Shown in pieces: positions 18,204-29,897 of a DNA stretch of 64,000 nucleotides. The stretch is from Candidatus Collierbacteria bacterium RIFOXYD2_FULL_45_13 (GTDB lineage Bacteria > Patescibacteriota > Microgenomatia > UBA1400 > MFAQ01), in NCBI GenBank assembly GCA_001774685.1, contig MFAS01000001.1:287557-351556 (forward strand), given 5' to 3'. Made by a program: the position numbers and the translations under genes. A model generated the notes under the pieces. It was not told where the DNA came from. It worked only from the letters and a program-made list of their open reading frames with translations, and did no database searches. Position 1 is the first letter of the stretch. Each line of letters opens with the position of its first letter.

Positions 18204-18340
18204 CAAGCCTCCTATTCTAAGGGACCTTCGAATCCTGGACATGACCGAGACGCTTGTGGTAAAATTAGCCTCGTCAATACCTCTCCTTTAGTGGGGAGGT
18301 TTAGTTCGTCAATAACAAATAACTACCAACTAACACTAAA

Positions 18341-20464
18341 ATGGCCGCTCCAACCGGAAAAAAAGTCCCTCTAGACCGTGTTCGAAACACGGGAATCATT
18401 GCCCACATCGATGCTGGCAAAACCACCACCACCGAACGTATTCTTTTTTATACCGGTAAGTCCTACAAAATAGGGGATATCGACGAGGGCAACACCCAGA
18501 TGGACTGGATGGAGCAGGAAAAAGAACGTGGTATCACCATCGTGTCCGCCGCGACGACCGCTTTCTGGACCCCTGTTTTACCCCATGCCCGTTTTAAAGA
18601 AGAACATCGCTTCAATATTATTGATACTCCGGGGCACGTCGACTTTACTGCCGAGGTAGAGCGTTCACTCCGCGTTCTTGATGGAGGGGTTATCGTTCTG
18701 GATGCCGGATCAGGTGTTCAATCTCAGACCGAAACCGTTTGGCGTCAAGCCGACAAGTATCACGTCCCCCGTATCGCATTTATAAACAAAATGGACGTTT
18801 TGGGTGCCGACTATATGGCCACCATTAAAGACGTTCATGAAAAATTAGGTGCCAAAACCGCCATTATGGCACTACCTTTAGGGGTCGAAAACACTTTTAG
18901 AGGTATTGTTATGCTTCTCGAGAGAGAAACCATCGTTTGGAAAGGGGATGAAACCGGGGCTTTATATGAAGTAACCGAAGGCTTTCCTGAAGAAATGAAG
19001 GACGAATGCGAGCTCGAACGCGCTAAACTAATCGAATCTATCGTTGAATTTGATGAAGTCCTCATGGGTGAATACTTGGATGGTAAAGAGCCCGGTATGG
19101 ATGCACTCAAAGCCGCTCTTCGCACTGCCACCTGCAAAAATCAGATTGTCCCCGTGTTCCCCGGCTCATCACTTCGTAATAAGGGTGTCCAGCCTCTTCT
19201 TGACGCTGTCGTCGACTTTCTTCCATCACCTCTAGACAAACCTCTTACGGCCGGGATCAACCCTGAGACCAACGAAGAAGAAATTCGCAAAGCCGATCCC
19301 GGTGAGCCATTTTCGGGGTTAGCCTTTAAGATTCAAGCCGACCCACACGTAGGTAAACTCACGTATGTCCGTGTTTATTCAGGCAAAATTACCTCCGGTA
19401 CCTTTGTTTATAACGCCAGCAAGCGCGAACGTGAACGTCTTGGTCGCTTAATGCTAATGCATGCCAACACCCGCGAAGAAGTCTCCGAAGCTGGTGCGGG
19501 AGAAATCGTTGGTGTTGTCGGTCTCAAAGCCACCAAGACAGGGGACACTCTGTGTGATGAAAACAAACCCCTAATTCTTGAGTCAATTAACTTTCCGGAT
19601 CCAGTCATATCTCTTGCAATTGAGCCAAAAACAAAAGCAGATCAGGAAAAACTCGACCTTGCTCTTGGTCGTCTTGCCGAAGAAGATCCCACCTTTAGAA
19701 TCAAAACCGATCATGAAACCGGCCAAACCGTTATCGCCGGCATGGGTGAGCTTCACCTTGAGATTTTAGTCGACCGTCTCCGTCGCGAATTCAAAGTTGA
19801 AGCCACTACAGGCGCCCCCCAAGTTGCTTACCGTGAAACCATTACCAAGTTCGCCAAAGGCGAAGGTAAATATATCCGTCAATCCGGGGGACGCGGTCAA
19901 TATGGTCACTGTATTCTGGAAGTTACCCCCAAACCTCGCGGCGAAGGTCTTACTTTCACCAACAAAATTGTGGGTGGTGCAATCCCCAAAGAATTCATTT
20001 CTCCCATCGAAAAAGGCGTCCGCGAAGCTCTGGATAATGGAGTTATTGCCGGTTTCCAGATGGTTGATCTTGATGTAGCTGTTGTCGATGGAAGTTTCCA
20101 CGAAGTTGACTCTTCCGAAATGTCCTTCAAAATTGCCGGCTCTATGGCAGTTCAGGACGCAGTCAAGAATGCGTCTCCGGTAATTCTCGAACCTATTATG
20201 AAGGTGGAAGTCACCACTCCCGAGGGTAATATGGGTGACATTATTGGTGATCTTTCTTCCCGCCGTGCCCAAATTGCCGGTACCGCCCAGCGTGGCAACG
20301 CCCGCGTTATTACGGCCACGGTCCCCTTATCCGAACTTTCCGCTTACGCTACCGCCATCCGTTCTCTAACCGCTGGACGTGCCTCGTATTACATGGAGCC
20401 CTCACATTATCAAGATCTTCCAAATAGTTTGGCCGCCAAACTCTTGAAATCCCCGACAAACTAG
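18341..20464 (+). CDS. fusA: elongation factor G
   Basis: [30 protein letters not shown]. Confidence 0.99.
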   Translation: MAAPTGKKVPLDRVRNTGIIAHIDAGKTTTTERILFYTGKSYKIGDIDEGNTQMDWMEQEKERGITIVSAATTAFWTPVLPHARFKEEHRFNIIDTPGHVDFTAEVERSLRVLDGGVIVLDAGSGVQSQTETVWRQADKYHVPRIAFINKMDVLGADYMATIKDVHEKLGAKTAIMALPLGVENTFRGIVMLLERETIVWKGDETGALYEVTEGFPEEMKDECELERAKLIESIVEFDEVLMGEYLDGKEPGMDALKAALRTATCKNQIVPVFPGSSLRNKGVQPLLDAVVDFLPSPLDKPLTAGINPETNEEEIRKADPGEPFSGLAFKIQADPHVGKLTYVRVYSGKITSGTFVYNASKRERERLGRLMLMHANTREEVSEAGAGEIVGVVGLKATKTGDTLCDENKPLILESINFPDPVISLAIEPKTKADQEKLDLALGRLAEEDPTFRIKTDHETGQTVIAGMGELHLEILVDRLRREFKVEATTGAPQVAYRETITKFAKGEGKYIRQSGGRGQYGHCILEVTPKPRGEGLTFTNKIVGGAIPKEFISPIEKGVREALDNGVIAGFQMVDLDVAVVDGSFHEVDSSEMSFKIAGSMAVQDAVKNASPVILEPIMKVEVTTPEGNMGDIIGDLSSRRAQIAGTAQRGNARVITATVPLSELSAYATAIRSLTAGRASYYMEPSHYQDLPNSLAAKLLKSPTN

Positions 20465-20534
20465 GATAAAATCTGCTAAAATAAATAGGCTCGAAAAACA
20501 GCAATTACCAAATATATAAAAATAATTAATAAAA

Positions 20535-21710
20535 ATGGCAACATTTCAAAGAACCAAACCCCACGTTAATATTGGCACCATTGGTCACGTCGACCACGGT
20601 AAGACCACTCTTACTGCCGCTATTACCACTACTTTAGCTGCTCAAGGTCTAGCAGAAGCCCTTCCTTTTGATCAGATTGATAAATCTCCGGAAGAAAGAG
20701 AGCGTGGAGTTACTATCCAAATTTCCCACGTCCCTTACGAAACCAAGAAACGTCACTACGCCCATATTGATTGCCCCGGCCACCGCGACTACATCAAGAA
20801 TATGATTACTGGTGCCGCTCAGATGGATGGTGCTATTTTAGTTGTCGCTGCCACCGACGGTCCTATGCCTCAAACCAATGAGCACTTGCTTCTTGCTCAT
20901 CAGGTGAACGTTCCTCGTTTGGTGGTTGCTCTTAACAAATGCGATGCAGTTTCTGATGAAGAACTCCTCGAGCTGGTTGAGATGGAAATCCGTGAAAAAC
21001 TAAAAAAATACGGTTTCGAAGAAGATACCCCAATTATTAGAGTCTCTGCTCTTAAGGCTCTCGAAGGCGACAAAGATGCCCAAGCCGGTATTATGAAGCT
21101 TATGGATACTGTCGACGAGTGGATTCCGGATCCGGTTCGTGAGCTCGACAAGCCTTTCTTGATGCCCGTTGAAGATGTCTTCTCCATCAAAGGCCGCGGT
21201 ACTGTCGTCACTGGCCGTATCGAAACCGGTGTTATCAAAGTTGGTGAAGAAATCGAAATTGTTGGTATCAAAGCCACCGCCAAGTCCGTCGTGACTGGAG
21301 TGGAAATGTTCCACCAACAGCTCGAGCAGGGTCAAGCAGGTGACAACGTAGGCCTTCTCCTTCGCGGTATTGAAAAAGATGATGTTCAGAGAGGTCAGGT
21401 TTTGGCCAAGACAGGTTCCATCAAGCCTCACACCAAGTTCGAAGCCGAAGCTTATATCTTAGGCAAGGACGAGGGTGGCCGCCACAGCCCCATGTTCTCT
21501 GGGTACAAGCCTCAATTCTTTATCCGTACTACAGATGTAACTGGTGAGGTCAAGCTCGCTGAAGGTGTTGAAATGATTATGCCTGGCGATAACGCCAAAA
21601 TGACTGTCGAACTCATTCAGCCCATTGCTATGACCGAAGGACAACGCTTCGCTATCCGCGAAGGAGGTTTGACGGTTGGCGCTGGAGCCATTACCAAAGT
21701 CATCGCCTAA
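20535..21710 (+). CDS. tuf: elongation factor Tu
   Basis: [29 protein letters not shown]. Confidence 0.99.
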   Translation: MATFQRTKPHVNIGTIGHVDHGKTTLTAAITTTLAAQGLAEALPFDQIDKSPEERERGVTIQISHVPYETKKRHYAHIDCPGHRDYIKNMITGAAQMDGAILVVAATDGPMPQTNEHLLLAHQVNVPRLVVALNKCDAVSDEELLELVEMEIREKLKKYGFEEDTPIIRVSALKALEGDKDAQAGIMKLMDTVDEWIPDPVRELDKPFLMPVEDVFSIKGRGTVVTGRIETGVIKVGEEIEIVGIKATAKSVVTGVEMFHQQLEQGQAGDNVGLLLRGIEKDDVQRGQVLAKTGSIKPHTKFEAEAYILGKDEGGRHSPMFSGYKPQFFIRTTDVTGEVKLAEGVEMIMPGDNAKMTVELIQPIAMTEGQRFAIREGGLTVGAGAITKVIA

Positions 21711-21747
21711 AGCAAAGTTTTAATTAGCACCTTTATTCTTCTTTGTT

Positions 21748-22059
21748 ATGACAGACCAACCACGCATTCGCGTCAAACTCAAGTCATTTGACCACCGCGT
21801 CATTGACGAAGCCGCCAAGAAAATTATTCAAGCGGCACTAGTTTCTGGCGCCCAGGTGGTTGGACCTGTCCCCCTGCCTACCAAGAAGAAAGTTATCGTT
21901 GTTACCGCTTCTCCCCATACGGATAAAGACTCGCGCGAGCAGTTTGCCATCCTTACACATAAGAGGCTAATCGACATCGTCAGTCCTACTAATAAAACCA
22001 TTGACTCACTTCAACATCTGGATCTCCCTGCCGGTGTCGGCATAGAAATCAAGATGTAA
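21748..22059 (+). CDS. rpsJ: 30S ribosomal protein S10
   Basis: [24 protein letters not shown]. Confidence 0.98.
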   Translation: MTDQPRIRVKLKSFDHRVIDEAAKKIIQAALVSGAQVVGPVPLPTKKKVIVVTASPHTDKDSREQFAILTHKRLIDIVSPTNKTIDSLQHLDLPAGVGIEIKM

Positions 22060-22152
22060 TCTATGTCGAAAACTTTAAATTATTAAAAAACCTCCCGCCT
22101 GCCGTAGGTCGAAGATGCCGCGTATGGCGCGGCCAGGTTTTTCTTACAAAAC

Positions 22153-22716
22153 ATGTTAAATCAAGTATACGCAACCAAAAAGAGTATGACTCAGGCCTTC
22201 ATCGATGGGCAGCGCCTCCCCTTGACCGTCCTCACGGTAGATCCTCACGTGGTTATTAGAAACAAATCTATTGAGAAGGACGGTTACTCTTCAGTAGTTC
22301 TTTCCGTTGGTACAAAAAAAACCCACGAAGTTATCTCGGTTGAAACCCTGGAGGCCAAGTCAGAGATCAATCTTTCGGAAATCCTCGTTCCCGGTGCCAT
22401 TGTGGACGCTACAGCAACTTCCAAAGGCAAGGGTACCTCCGGTGTTATGAAACGCTGGAACTTTGCTGGAGGTCCTCGTACCCATGGTCAGTCGGATCGC
22501 GAACGTGCCCCCGGATCTATCGGAAGAGGCACCACTCCAGGTCGCGTTCTACCCGGAACTCACATGGCCGGACATATGGGCAACACCAGCACTCACATCA
22601 GAAATCTCAAGATTCATTCCTTTGATCCTTCCACTGGCACTCTTCAAATTACTGGATGTATCCCCGGCGGACGGGGGGCCACAACCCTGATTACTATCAG
22701 CAAGCTAAACAAATAA
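22153..22716 (+). CDS. rplC: 50S ribosomal protein L3 (short)
   Basis: SKGKG, GPRTHG, RAPGSIG, MAGHMG. Confidence 0.97.
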   Translation: MLNQVYATKKSMTQAFIDGQRLPLTVLTVDPHVVIRNKSIEKDGYSSVVLSVGTKKTHEVISVETLEAKSEINLSEILVPGAIVDATATSKGKGTSGVMKRWNFAGGPRTHGQSDRERAPGSIGRGTTPGRVLPGTHMAGHMGNTSTHIRNLKIHSFDPSTGTLQITGCIPGGRGATTLITISKLNK

Positions 22717-22717
22717 T

Positions 22718-23317
22718 ATGCCTACCAAAAAAGTAACCACTACCACTAGTCAGGATCTCTCCATCTTTTCCCTCGAGGTAAGCCCCTCCCTCTTGGCCCA
22801 GGCAATTCACGTCTATCAGGAAAATAGTCATCGTGGAGTTTCCAAAACCAAGACTCGCGGTGAAATCAACGCTACCAAGAAAAAGGTGTACAAGCAAAAA
22901 GGCACAGGCAATGCACGACACGGGGCCAAATCTGCTCCTCTTTATGTCGGTGGAGGTGTTCCTTTCGGACCCACCGGCCTCAAATCCGCCCCCATGTCCT
23001 TAAATCAAAAGATGAAGTCCAAAGCACTCATTGGTACCTTATCCCTTTATCAAAAAGAGAAGAGACTTTCTCTTATAGATTCTGCCGAAATCAAAGATAT
23101 GTCCACCAAGTCTGCTCTCAAGGTTTTGGGCAGAGATGAGGCCGCCTTTGTTTATTTCAACGAAAAGCCGGCGGTCCTAAAAGCCGTCAGCAATCTTGAG
23201 AACATCATCATGCTCTCGGCTAGACGCCTCAACGCCTTTACAGTAGCAAGTTCGCCAAAACTATATTTGACCTCCTCGGCATATGACCATTTAGTTAACC
23301 GTTTGAAACTTATTTAA
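22718..23317 (+). CDS. rplD: 50S ribosomal protein L4
   Basis: KQKGTGNARHG, GGG.FGP. Confidence 0.97.
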   Translation: MPTKKVTTTTSQDLSIFSLEVSPSLLAQAIHVYQENSHRGVSKTKTRGEINATKKKVYKQKGTGNARHGAKSAPLYVGGGVPFGPTGLKSAPMSLNQKMKSKALIGTLSLYQKEKRLSLIDSAEIKDMSTKSALKVLGRDEAAFVYFNEKPAVLKAVSNLENIIMLSARRLNAFTVASSPKLYLTSSAYDHLVNRLKLI

Positions 23318-23318
23318 T

Positions 23319-23627
23319 ATGTCTACTCCACTAGTCCATCAGAATACCATCATCAAGCCTGTCGTTACCGAAAAGAGCTACTCGCTGGCTGCTTTAGACA
23401 AATACGTCTTCCAGGTTGATCCGGCGGCAAGCAAGTACCAGATAAAGAAGGCTGTCGAAGATCTTTTTAAGGTCAATGTCCTATCTATTAATACGATAAA
23501 ACACGCCGCCAGAACAGTTCGCTCCGCCAAAACCGGACGGCACATATCCCTCCCGGTTGATAAAAAGGCGGTTGTCCGCATCAAAAAAGGCCAAAAGATC
23601 GAAATTTTTAACGCCCTAAAGTCATAA
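23319..23627 (+). CDS. rplW: 50S ribosomal protein L23
   Basis: PVVTEKS, KKAVV. Confidence 0.96.
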   Translation: MSTPLVHQNTIIKPVVTEKSYSLAALDKYVFQVDPAASKYQIKKAVEDLFKVNVLSINTIKHAARTVRSAKTGRHISLPVDKKAVVRIKKGQKIEIFNALKS

Positions 23628-23632
23628 ATACT

Positions 23633-24388
23633 ATGAAAACTACACTTAAAAGACTAGTTTCGCTGAATCCCAAGTCCTCCGGGCGCAATTCTTCTGGTAA
23701 AATAACAGTTCGACATCAAGGTGGCCGCCAGAAACGTTTCCTTCGCCACATTGACTGGAAAAGATCTCTTACTCTACCTGCCCGGGTTGAAGCTATTCAG
23801 TACGATCCCAATCGTACTTCCGACATTGCCCTTTTAGTATATGGAAATGGGGTCAAGGACTACATCCTTGCTCCTCAAAACCTTAAAGTCGGTGACTCAG
23901 TCGTTTTTTCCGAAACGGCCGAAATTAAGGTTGGTAACTGTCTTCCTCTAAAAAACATCCCTATCGGTATTGAAATTCATAACCTGGAAATCACTCCCGG
24001 CAAAGGTGCCCAGATGGTTCGCAGTGCCGGCAACACCGCCGCCGTTCAAAGCAAAGAAGGTAACATTGTCGTGGTCAAGCTTCCCTCCGGCGAAATCCGT
24101 CAGTTTGATGGTAATTGTCGGGCTACTATCGGCAGTCTCAGTAATCCTCACCACAAAGAAGAGATTCTTGGTAAGGCCGGTCGTAAACGCCACATGGGAG
24201 TAAGACCTACCGTCAGAGGTGTGGCCCAGGATCCTCGCTCCCACCCACACGGTGGTGGAGAGGGCCGCAGTGGTATCGGTATGAAGTCGCCCAAATCTCC
24301 TTGGGGCAAGAGGACTCTCGGTAAACGTACCCGAGATCGCAAAAAATACAGTAATAAACATATTATCAAACATCGTTACGCTAAATAA
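23633..24388 (+). CDS. rplB: 50S ribosomal protein L2
   Basis: GRNSSGKITVRHQGG, YDPNR, HPHGGGEG. Confidence 0.98.
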   Translation: MKTTLKRLVSLNPKSSGRNSSGKITVRHQGGRQKRFLRHIDWKRSLTLPARVEAIQYDPNRTSDIALLVYGNGVKDYILAPQNLKVGDSVVFSETAEIKVGNCLPLKNIPIGIEIHNLEITPGKGAQMVRSAGNTAAVQSKEGNIVVVKLPSGEIRQFDGNCRATIGSLSNPHHKEEILGKAGRKRHMGVRPTVRGVAQDPRSHPHGGGEGRSGIGMKSPKSPWGKRTLGKRTRDRKKYSNKHIIKHRYAK

Positions 24389-24400
24389 ATTAAAAACATC

Positions 24401-24685
24401 ATGTCCAGAAGTTCAATCAAAGGACCATTCGTCGACGAAAAACTCATTGCCAAAATTGAGCGTCTTAAGGTGGCCGGAAAAAAAGAACCCATCAAAACCT
24501 GGTCCCGTGGTAGCCAAATCCCGCCTGAATTCGTTGGTTTCACCTTCGCGGTCCACAACGGCAAGATCTTCAAAGAAGTTTTCATTACCGAAGACATGGT
24601 GGGTCACCGTCTTGGCGAATTCTCTTTAACCAGAAATTTCCGAGGACATGGCCGTATTGTTAAGAGAGTCTTATCTAAAACTTAA
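24401..24685 (+). CDS. rpsS: 30S ribosomal protein S19
   Basis: [19 protein letters not shown]. Confidence 0.98.
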   Translation: MSRSSIKGPFVDEKLIAKIERLKVAGKKEPIKTWSRGSQIPPEFVGFTFAVHNGKIFKEVFITEDMVGHRLGEFSLTRNFRGHGRIVKRVLSKT

Positions 24686-24691
24686 AGCTCT

Positions 24692-25138
24692 ATGGCTAAC
24701 AAAGTATCCAAACAACTCGTCATCGCCAAAGCCAGTCACGTCCTCTCTTCACCGAGAAAGACCAATCTTGTTCTCAAGGCCATTGTGGGCCGCCCTGCTT
24801 TATTGGCCATCAAACAGCTTACTGTCAATACCAAGAGAGCCGGAAAGCCAATCATTCAGCTGATTCAGCAAGCTGTCGGTAATGCCGTTTCTCAATTCCA
24901 GGCGTCTCCGGATGTTTTAATTATCGATTCGGCTTTCGCCACCAAAGGCCGCACTCTTAAGCGTGCTCACATCGGCGGCCGTGGTCGTACCAAGCCCTAC
25001 GAAAGAATCACTTCTCATTTGACCCTATCTGTTAGAATTCCTTCCGCCAAGGCACCCGTCCCTAAACTGGAAGCCAAAAAGGTAGAACCCAAAGAGGCTG
25101 CTAAAGAAGTTGTCAAAACTAGTAAAAAATCTAAATAA
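24692..25138 (+). CDS. rplV: 50S ribosomal protein L22
   Basis: SPRK, GRGR, TSH motifs; operon position. Confidence 0.93.
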   Translation: MANKVSKQLVIAKASHVLSSPRKTNLVLKAIVGRPALLAIKQLTVNTKRAGKPIIQLIQQAVGNAVSQFQASPDVLIIDSAFATKGRTLKRAHIGGRGRTKPYERITSHLTLSVRIPSAKAPVPKLEAKKVEPKEAAKEVVKTSKKSK

Positions 25139-25140
25139 CC

Positions 25141-25794
25141 ATGGGAAAAAAAGTTAATCCAATTGCCTTCAGAACCGGTTACATCTTCCCAACCAAATCA
25201 GTTTGGTTCGCCAACTTCCGTAGCTACGCCAAGTTCGTCCTCGAAGACAACAAAATCAGACGCTTCTTGGAAGAGAAGCTCAAGCTTGCCGGTATCACCA
25301 GTATCGAAATTAAACGTTCGATCAACTCCGTTGATATTTTTATGAACGTTTCCCGCCCAGGTGTGGTAATCGGCCGCGGTGGTTCTTCACTTGAAGTTCT
25401 CAAAAAAGATCTTGAAAAACTTCTAAGTATCAATCCCAAAGCCAAGAATGCCGTCAAGATCAACCTTCATCCTCTGGAGATCAAGAACCCCGATATGAAC
25501 GCCTCGATCATTGCCGATCGCCTTATTGGACAGCTCGAGCACCGTTATCCTTTCCGTCGTGCCGCCAATCAGGCCATTGAAAAGGTAATGGCTGCCGGAG
25601 CAAAAGGTGTCAAACTGGTCTTTGCCGGTCGTATCGATGGTGCCGAAATTGCCAGAACCGAAAAATTCAAACAAGGAAGAATTCCATCCCAAACCTTGCG
25701 TGCCAATATTGACTACATCGAGAAAAAGGCTCTCACCCGTTCCGGTTACGTCGGCATTAAGGTCTGGATTTACTCAGGCGATATCATCAGTTAA
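25141..25794 (+). CDS. rpsC: 30S ribosomal protein S3
   Basis: MGKKVNP, RPGVVIGRGG, GRIDGAEIAR. Confidence 0.98.
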   Translation: MGKKVNPIAFRTGYIFPTKSVWFANFRSYAKFVLEDNKIRRFLEEKLKLAGITSIEIKRSINSVDIFMNVSRPGVVIGRGGSSLEVLKKDLEKLLSINPKAKNAVKINLHPLEIKNPDMNASIIADRLIGQLEHRYPFRRAANQAIEKVMAAGAKGVKLVFAGRIDGAEIARTEKFKQGRIPSQTLRANIDYIEKKALTRSGYVGIKVWIYSGDIIS

Positions 25795-25811
25795 AAGACT
25801 TACCAAAGAAT

Positions 25812-26225
25812 ATGTTACAACCAGCCAGACGCAAATACAGAAAAGAGTTTAGAGGTAGTATGGGTGGCGTTGCTACTCGCACCAACGAGCTTTCTTATGG
25901 TGACTTTGGTATCAAAACTCTTGAAAGTGGTTGGCTTTCCGCCAACGAGATTGAATCCGCTCGCCGTACTATTACTCATCACACCAAACGTGTCGGTAAA
26001 TTCTTCCTTAGAGTTTTTCCTCATAAACCCATCGGCCACAAAACTCCTGGTGCACGTATGGGTTCGGGAAAGTCCGACGTCAGCGGATATGTGGCGGTTG
26101 CCAAGCCTGGTCAAATTCTTATGGAGCTTTCCGGAGTAACGAGGGAAGTGGCCATGGAGGCTATCCGTCTTGCCGGACACAAACTCTCCGTTAAAACTAA
26201 ATTTGTCGAAAAAGAAAATGCCTAA
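25812..26225 (+). CDS. rplP: 50S ribosomal protein L16
   Basis: MLQP.R.KYRK, RMGSGK. Confidence 0.98.
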   Translation: MLQPARRKYRKEFRGSMGGVATRTNELSYGDFGIKTLESGWLSANEIESARRTITHHTKRVGKFFLRVFPHKPIGHKTPGARMGSGKSDVSGYVAVAKPGQILMELSGVTREVAMEAIRLAGHKLSVKTKFVEKENA

Positions 26226-26376
26226 AACAAAATCCGAAAACACCATGTCTCTCGAAGAGTTAAAGCTTAAATTGTCCAATATTAAGCTAAACATCCGTTC
26301 TGGCCAGGAAAAGAATACCAACGCCCACAAGAAGACCAAGGTTCAAATTGCTCAATTGCTAACAAAAACTAAATAA
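26218..26376 (+). CDS. rpmC: 50S ribosomal protein L29
   Basis: Between rplP and rpsQ; SLEELK...IAQLLT; ATG 26218. Confidence 0.85.
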   Translation: MPKTKSENTMSLEELKLKLSNIKLNIRSGQEKNTNAHKKTKVQIAQLLTKTK

Positions 26377-26378
26377 AC

Positions 26379-26603
26379 ATGAAACACCTACTAGGCACTG
26401 TTAAAAGCGACAAGAACCCAAAAACAGCTATTGTCGACGTTACCAGTTTTAAGGTTCACCCCAAGTACCTCAAACGTATCAAGGTAAACAAGTCTTTCGC
26501 CGCTCAAAACGATTTGAATGCCAAAGTCGGAAATCGTGTACGCATAGAAGAAACCCGACCAATTAGCAAAACCAAGCACTGGAAAATCACTAAAATTATA
26601 TGA
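26379..26603 (+). CDS. rpsQ: 30S ribosomal protein S17
   Basis: [15 protein letters not shown]. Confidence 0.97.
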   Translation: MKHLLGTVKSDKNPKTAIVDVTSFKVHPKYLKRIKVNKSFAAQNDLNAKVGNRVRIEETRPISKTKHWKITKII

Positions 26604-26974
26604 TTCAACTTAGATCAGTTCTCAAAGTAGCCGACAACTCCGGGGCCAAACAGGTCAAGGTGATTCTCGTTCATGGCGGTTCACACCGTCGCTTCGGATA
26701 CATCGGTGATATTGTCACCGCCGCGGTCGAAGGTGCCGATACCAATGGTACCGTTAAAGACAAACAAGTTGTCAAAGCCGTTGTTGTCCGTACTCGCAAG
26801 GAAACACGCCGTCCGGATGGCACCTATGTCCGCTTTGATGACAATGCTGTTGTTATTATTGATTCCATCGCCAGCAAGCTTCCGCTAGGTACCCGTATTT
26901 TTGGCCCCATAGCTCGTGAGGTTAAAGATGCCGGTTTCGCCAAGATCGCTTCGTTGGCACCAGAAGTAGTATAA
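26600..26974 (+). CDS. rplN: 50S ribosomal protein L14
   Basis: [22 protein letters not shown]. Confidence 0.99.
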   Translation: MIQLRSVLKVADNSGAKQVKVILVHGGSHRRFGYIGDIVTAAVEGADTNGTVKDKQVVKAVVVRTRKETRRPDGTYVRFDDNAVVIIDSIASKLPLGTRIFGPIAREVKDAGFAKIASLAPEVV

Positions 26975-26979
26975 AACAT

Positions 26980-27303
26980 ATGTTCAAATTCAAAATCAAC
27001 GACAACGTTCAAATTACCGCCGGCAAGGATAAGGGTCGTTCCGGTAAAATCATCAAGGTTTTGCCTGTGGATCAAAAGGTTTTGGTCGAGGGTATCAACC
27101 TCTACAAGAAGCACATCAAACCCAAGGGCAATGAAGCTGGTACTATTCTTTCGCTACCCCGAGCTCTTTCGGTGGCTTCTGTCGCCTTAATCTGTCCCAG
27201 TTGTGGCAAACCCACACGTGTCGGTTTCGACGCTTCACAAACCCCCAAGGTCAGGGTTTGTCACAAATGCCGCCAGATTATCAGTTCTGTAACTAAAAAA
27301 TGA
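26980..27303 (+). CDS. rplX: 50S ribosomal protein L24
   Basis: GKDKG KOW motif, VEGIN; C-terminal CxxC pairs. Confidence 0.97.
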   Translation: MFKFKINDNVQITAGKDKGRSGKIIKVLPVDQKVLVEGINLYKKHIKPKGNEAGTILSLPRALSVASVALICPSCGKPTRVGFDASQTPKVRVCHKCRQIISSVTKK

Positions 27304-27848
27304 CACAAACTCTAAAGGAAACTTATCTCAAGCAAATTCGCCCCAACCTTCAAAAGGAGCTGGGCATTACTTCTACGGAAGCTGTTCCGAAGATTGTCAA
27401 AATCACCGTGAACACCGGCTCAAAAGACTTCAAAACAGATAAAGAACTTTTGCTGAAAACCAAAGATTGGATGGGTAAAATCACGGGGCAAGCTCCTCTG
27501 GAGACCAAGTCCCGTTCCAGCATTGCCGCCTTTAATCTCCGAGAGGGAGAAGTTGTCGGTCTCAAAGTCACCCTCAGAGGCAATCGGATGTACGACTTCC
27601 TTCAAAAACTGATTTCCATCGTTCTGCCCCGTCTCAAAGATTTTCAGGGAATTTCCCGGGCAACCTTTGACAAGAATGGCAATTACACCATCGGTTTTCC
27701 CGAACAGATAGTGTTTCCTGAAGTGGAATATGATAAAATCGGGAGGATTCAAGGGCTGGAAATAACCATTTCGACAAGCGCGAAGGATCCCAAAACATCT
27801 TTAATGCTCCTCCAGGCTTTAGGCATGCCTTTTACCAAAGACGCCTAA
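27300..27848 (+). CDS. rplE: 50S ribosomal protein L5
   Basis: KVTLRG.RMY.FL, FDKNGNY, FPE. Confidence 0.98.
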   Translation: MTQTLKETYLKQIRPNLQKELGITSTEAVPKIVKITVNTGSKDFKTDKELLLKTKDWMGKITGQAPLETKSRSSIAAFNLREGEVVGLKVTLRGNRMYDFLQKLISIVLPRLKDFQGISRATFDKNGNYTIGFPEQIVFPEVEYDKIGRIQGLEITISTSAKDPKTSLMLLQALGMPFTKDA

Positions 27849-27861
27849 TCGTATAAAAACA

Positions 27862-28047
27862 ATGGCTAAGAAAAGCAAAATCGCTAAATCAATTAAACTC
27901 GCTGGTCACTCCACGCGTGATCACCGTCGATGCCAGCTCTGTGGCCGGCCCCGAGGTGTCATCCGCATTTTTGGGCTCTGCCGCCTCTGCTTTAGAGAGA
28001 TGGCTCACAAAGGAGAACTCCCCGGCGTTTTCAAAATGTCAAAATAA
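27862..28047 (+). CDS. rpsN: 30S ribosomal protein S14, zinc-binding type
   Basis: [10 protein letters not shown]...LCRLCFRE. Confidence 0.97.
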   Translation: MAKKSKIAKSIKLAGHSTRDHRRCQLCGRPRGVIRIFGLCRLCFREMAHKGELPGVFKMSK

Positions 28048-28048
28048 C

Positions 28049-28438
28049 ATGGATACTACAGCAGACTTTCTTACTATCATCAGGAATGGCTACCTAGCCA
28101 AAAAAGATACGGTCATTACGGATTTTTCCAAAATCAGAGGAGAGCTCGTCAAGATCTTAAAATCCGAAGCCTTTGTCGAAGATTATTCCATTGAGGAAGG
28201 TAAGCCGACCAACAAAATTATTATTACCCTTAGATACTTCGAAAAAGGACTACCCGCCGTAACCGGCATTAAGAAAATCAGCAAGCCCAGTGTCCGCATC
28301 TACTCCGGTTTTGGCAACATCCCCCAGGTTCTTTCCGGTGCCGGAACCACGATTATCTCCACTTCTTCTGGCTTAATGACCGGCAAGGCCGCCAGAGAAA
28401 AACATCTCGGAGGCGAAGTTATCTGTCAAATTTGGTAA
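28049..28438 (+). CDS. rpsH: 30S ribosomal protein S8
   Basis: DFLTIIRNG, SKPSVRIY, STSSG, GGEV; start at ATG 28049. Confidence 0.97.
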   Translation: MDTTADFLTIIRNGYLAKKDTVITDFSKIRGELVKILKSEAFVEDYSIEEGKPTNKIIITLRYFEKGLPAVTGIKKISKPSVRIYSGFGNIPQVLSGAGTTIISTSSGLMTGKAAREKHLGGEVICQIW

Positions 28439-28445
28439 AACATAT

Positions 28446-28994
28446 ATGAGCCGCATAGGACGCAAACCACTACATCTTCCTGCTACCGTCACCTTCGAAA
28501 AGACGGATACTACCCTAAAATTTACCGGTCCAAAAGGAACGCTGGAATCTGTTCTGCCCGAAGGTATCAAGCTTGAAGAAAAAGATGGTGTCTTAAAGTT
28601 TACTCGTGAAAGTGATATTCCGGCTGTCAGGGCTCTTCATGGTTTGGCTCAACGCCTAGCCCAAAACGCCATTCTCGGGGTCACCGAGGGTTTCTCCAAA
28701 GATCTAATGCTCATGGGAACCGGTTATCGGGTCGCCCCACATTCTGAAGGCCTCTCGCTTTCTGTTGGCTACTCCCACCCCGTTATTTTCAAAAAAGTTC
28801 CCGGCGTTACTATCACTACTGAGGGTCAGGATAAAATTAAAGTGACGGGTATCGACAAACAGCTCGTTGGTCAGGTAGCCGCCGATATCCGCGCCATCAG
28901 AAAACCTGAACCGTACAAGGGCAAGGGTATCCGTTACGTCGACGAAGTCGTCCTTAAGAAACAGGGGAAGACTGCTACCAAAACTGCGGCCTAA
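28446..28994 (+). CDS. rplF: 50S ribosomal protein L6
   Basis: [16 protein letters not shown]. Confidence 0.98.
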   Translation: MSRIGRKPLHLPATVTFEKTDTTLKFTGPKGTLESVLPEGIKLEEKDGVLKFTRESDIPAVRALHGLAQRLAQNAILGVTEGFSKDLMLMGTGYRVAPHSEGLSLSVGYSHPVIFKKVPGVTITTEGQDKIKVTGIDKQLVGQVAADIRAIRKPEPYKGKGIRYVDEVVLKKQGKTATKTAA

Positions 28995-28999
28995 AACAT

Positions 29000-29344
29000 A
29001 TGAACAAACACTTAACTAGCCAACAAATCAGAGCCGGTCGTATTCGAGCCAAGCTGCTTTCGGTCACCACCAGACCACGTTTGACCGTCAATCGATCCAA
29101 CTCACACATTTTTGCCCAGATTATCGATCAAAAAGGTAAAGCTCTCGTCGCCTACGGCTCTCAGGCTCTGAAAAAATTCAAAGGCACCAAAACGGAAATG
29201 GCTACCGAAGTCGGCAAGAAACTTGGTGAAATGGCCAAAGAGAAAAAGGTGACTACTGTCGTCTTCGATCGTGGTTCATACCGTTTTCATGGCCGCGTCA
29301 AAGCTTTGGCGGAAGCCGTTCGTGCCTCCGGTCTCAAATTCTAA
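29000..29344 (+). CDS. rplR: 50S ribosomal protein L18
   Basis: RPRLTV.RS, VFDRG.Y.FHGRVKA. Confidence 0.98.
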   Translation: MNKHLTSQQIRAGRIRAKLLSVTTRPRLTVNRSNSHIFAQIIDQKGKALVAYGSQALKKFKGTKTEMATEVGKKLGEMAKEKKVTTVVFDRGSYRFHGRVKALAEAVRASGLKF

Positions 29345-29373
29345 TAACCAATAACTAATAACGAATAACTAAA

Positions 29374-29892
29374 ATGGCATACTCAGGCAACACCAACAAT
29401 ATCAACAGAGGAGGCGGACGTCCCGCCCCAGAAGGCTTCGAGCAAGTTCTCGAAATCCGTCGCGTCAGCAAGAAGACACAGGGCGGTACCAACGTTTCCT
29501 TTTCTGCCCTAGTCGTGACCGGTGACAAAAAAGGCAAGGTTGGTCTTGGTTTAGCCAAAGCCCCCAACGTCGCTGATGCAATCAAAAAAGCCATTCGTTT
29601 GGGCAATCGAGACCTCGTTCAAGTTCCTTTGGTCGAAGGTACAATTCCCTACGAAACCATTTCCAAATACGGCGCCGCCAAAGTTCTTTTTCGACCGGCA
29701 CCCAAAGGTACCGGTCTCATCGCTGGTTCTTCAGTCCGTGCCGTAGTTGAGGCCGCCGGTATTACCGACATTGTCTGCAAGGTCATGGGAACTAACAACA
29801 AAACCAGTAACGCCCGTGCTACCTTCAAAGCCCTAAAACAAATTGAAACTCTGGCCAAGAAATATCAAATGCTCAAGGCTCTCCGCGCCTAA
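29374..29892 (+). CDS. rpsE: 30S ribosomal protein S5
   Basis: [20 protein letters not shown]. Confidence 0.98.
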   Translation: MAYSGNTNNINRGGGRPAPEGFEQVLEIRRVSKKTQGGTNVSFSALVVTGDKKGKVGLGLAKAPNVADAIKKAIRLGNRDLVQVPLVEGTIPYETISKYGAAKVLFRPAPKGTGLIAGSSVRAVVEAAGITDIVCKVMGTNNKTSNARATFKALKQIETLAKKYQMLKALRA

Positions 29893-29897
29893 CTCCT

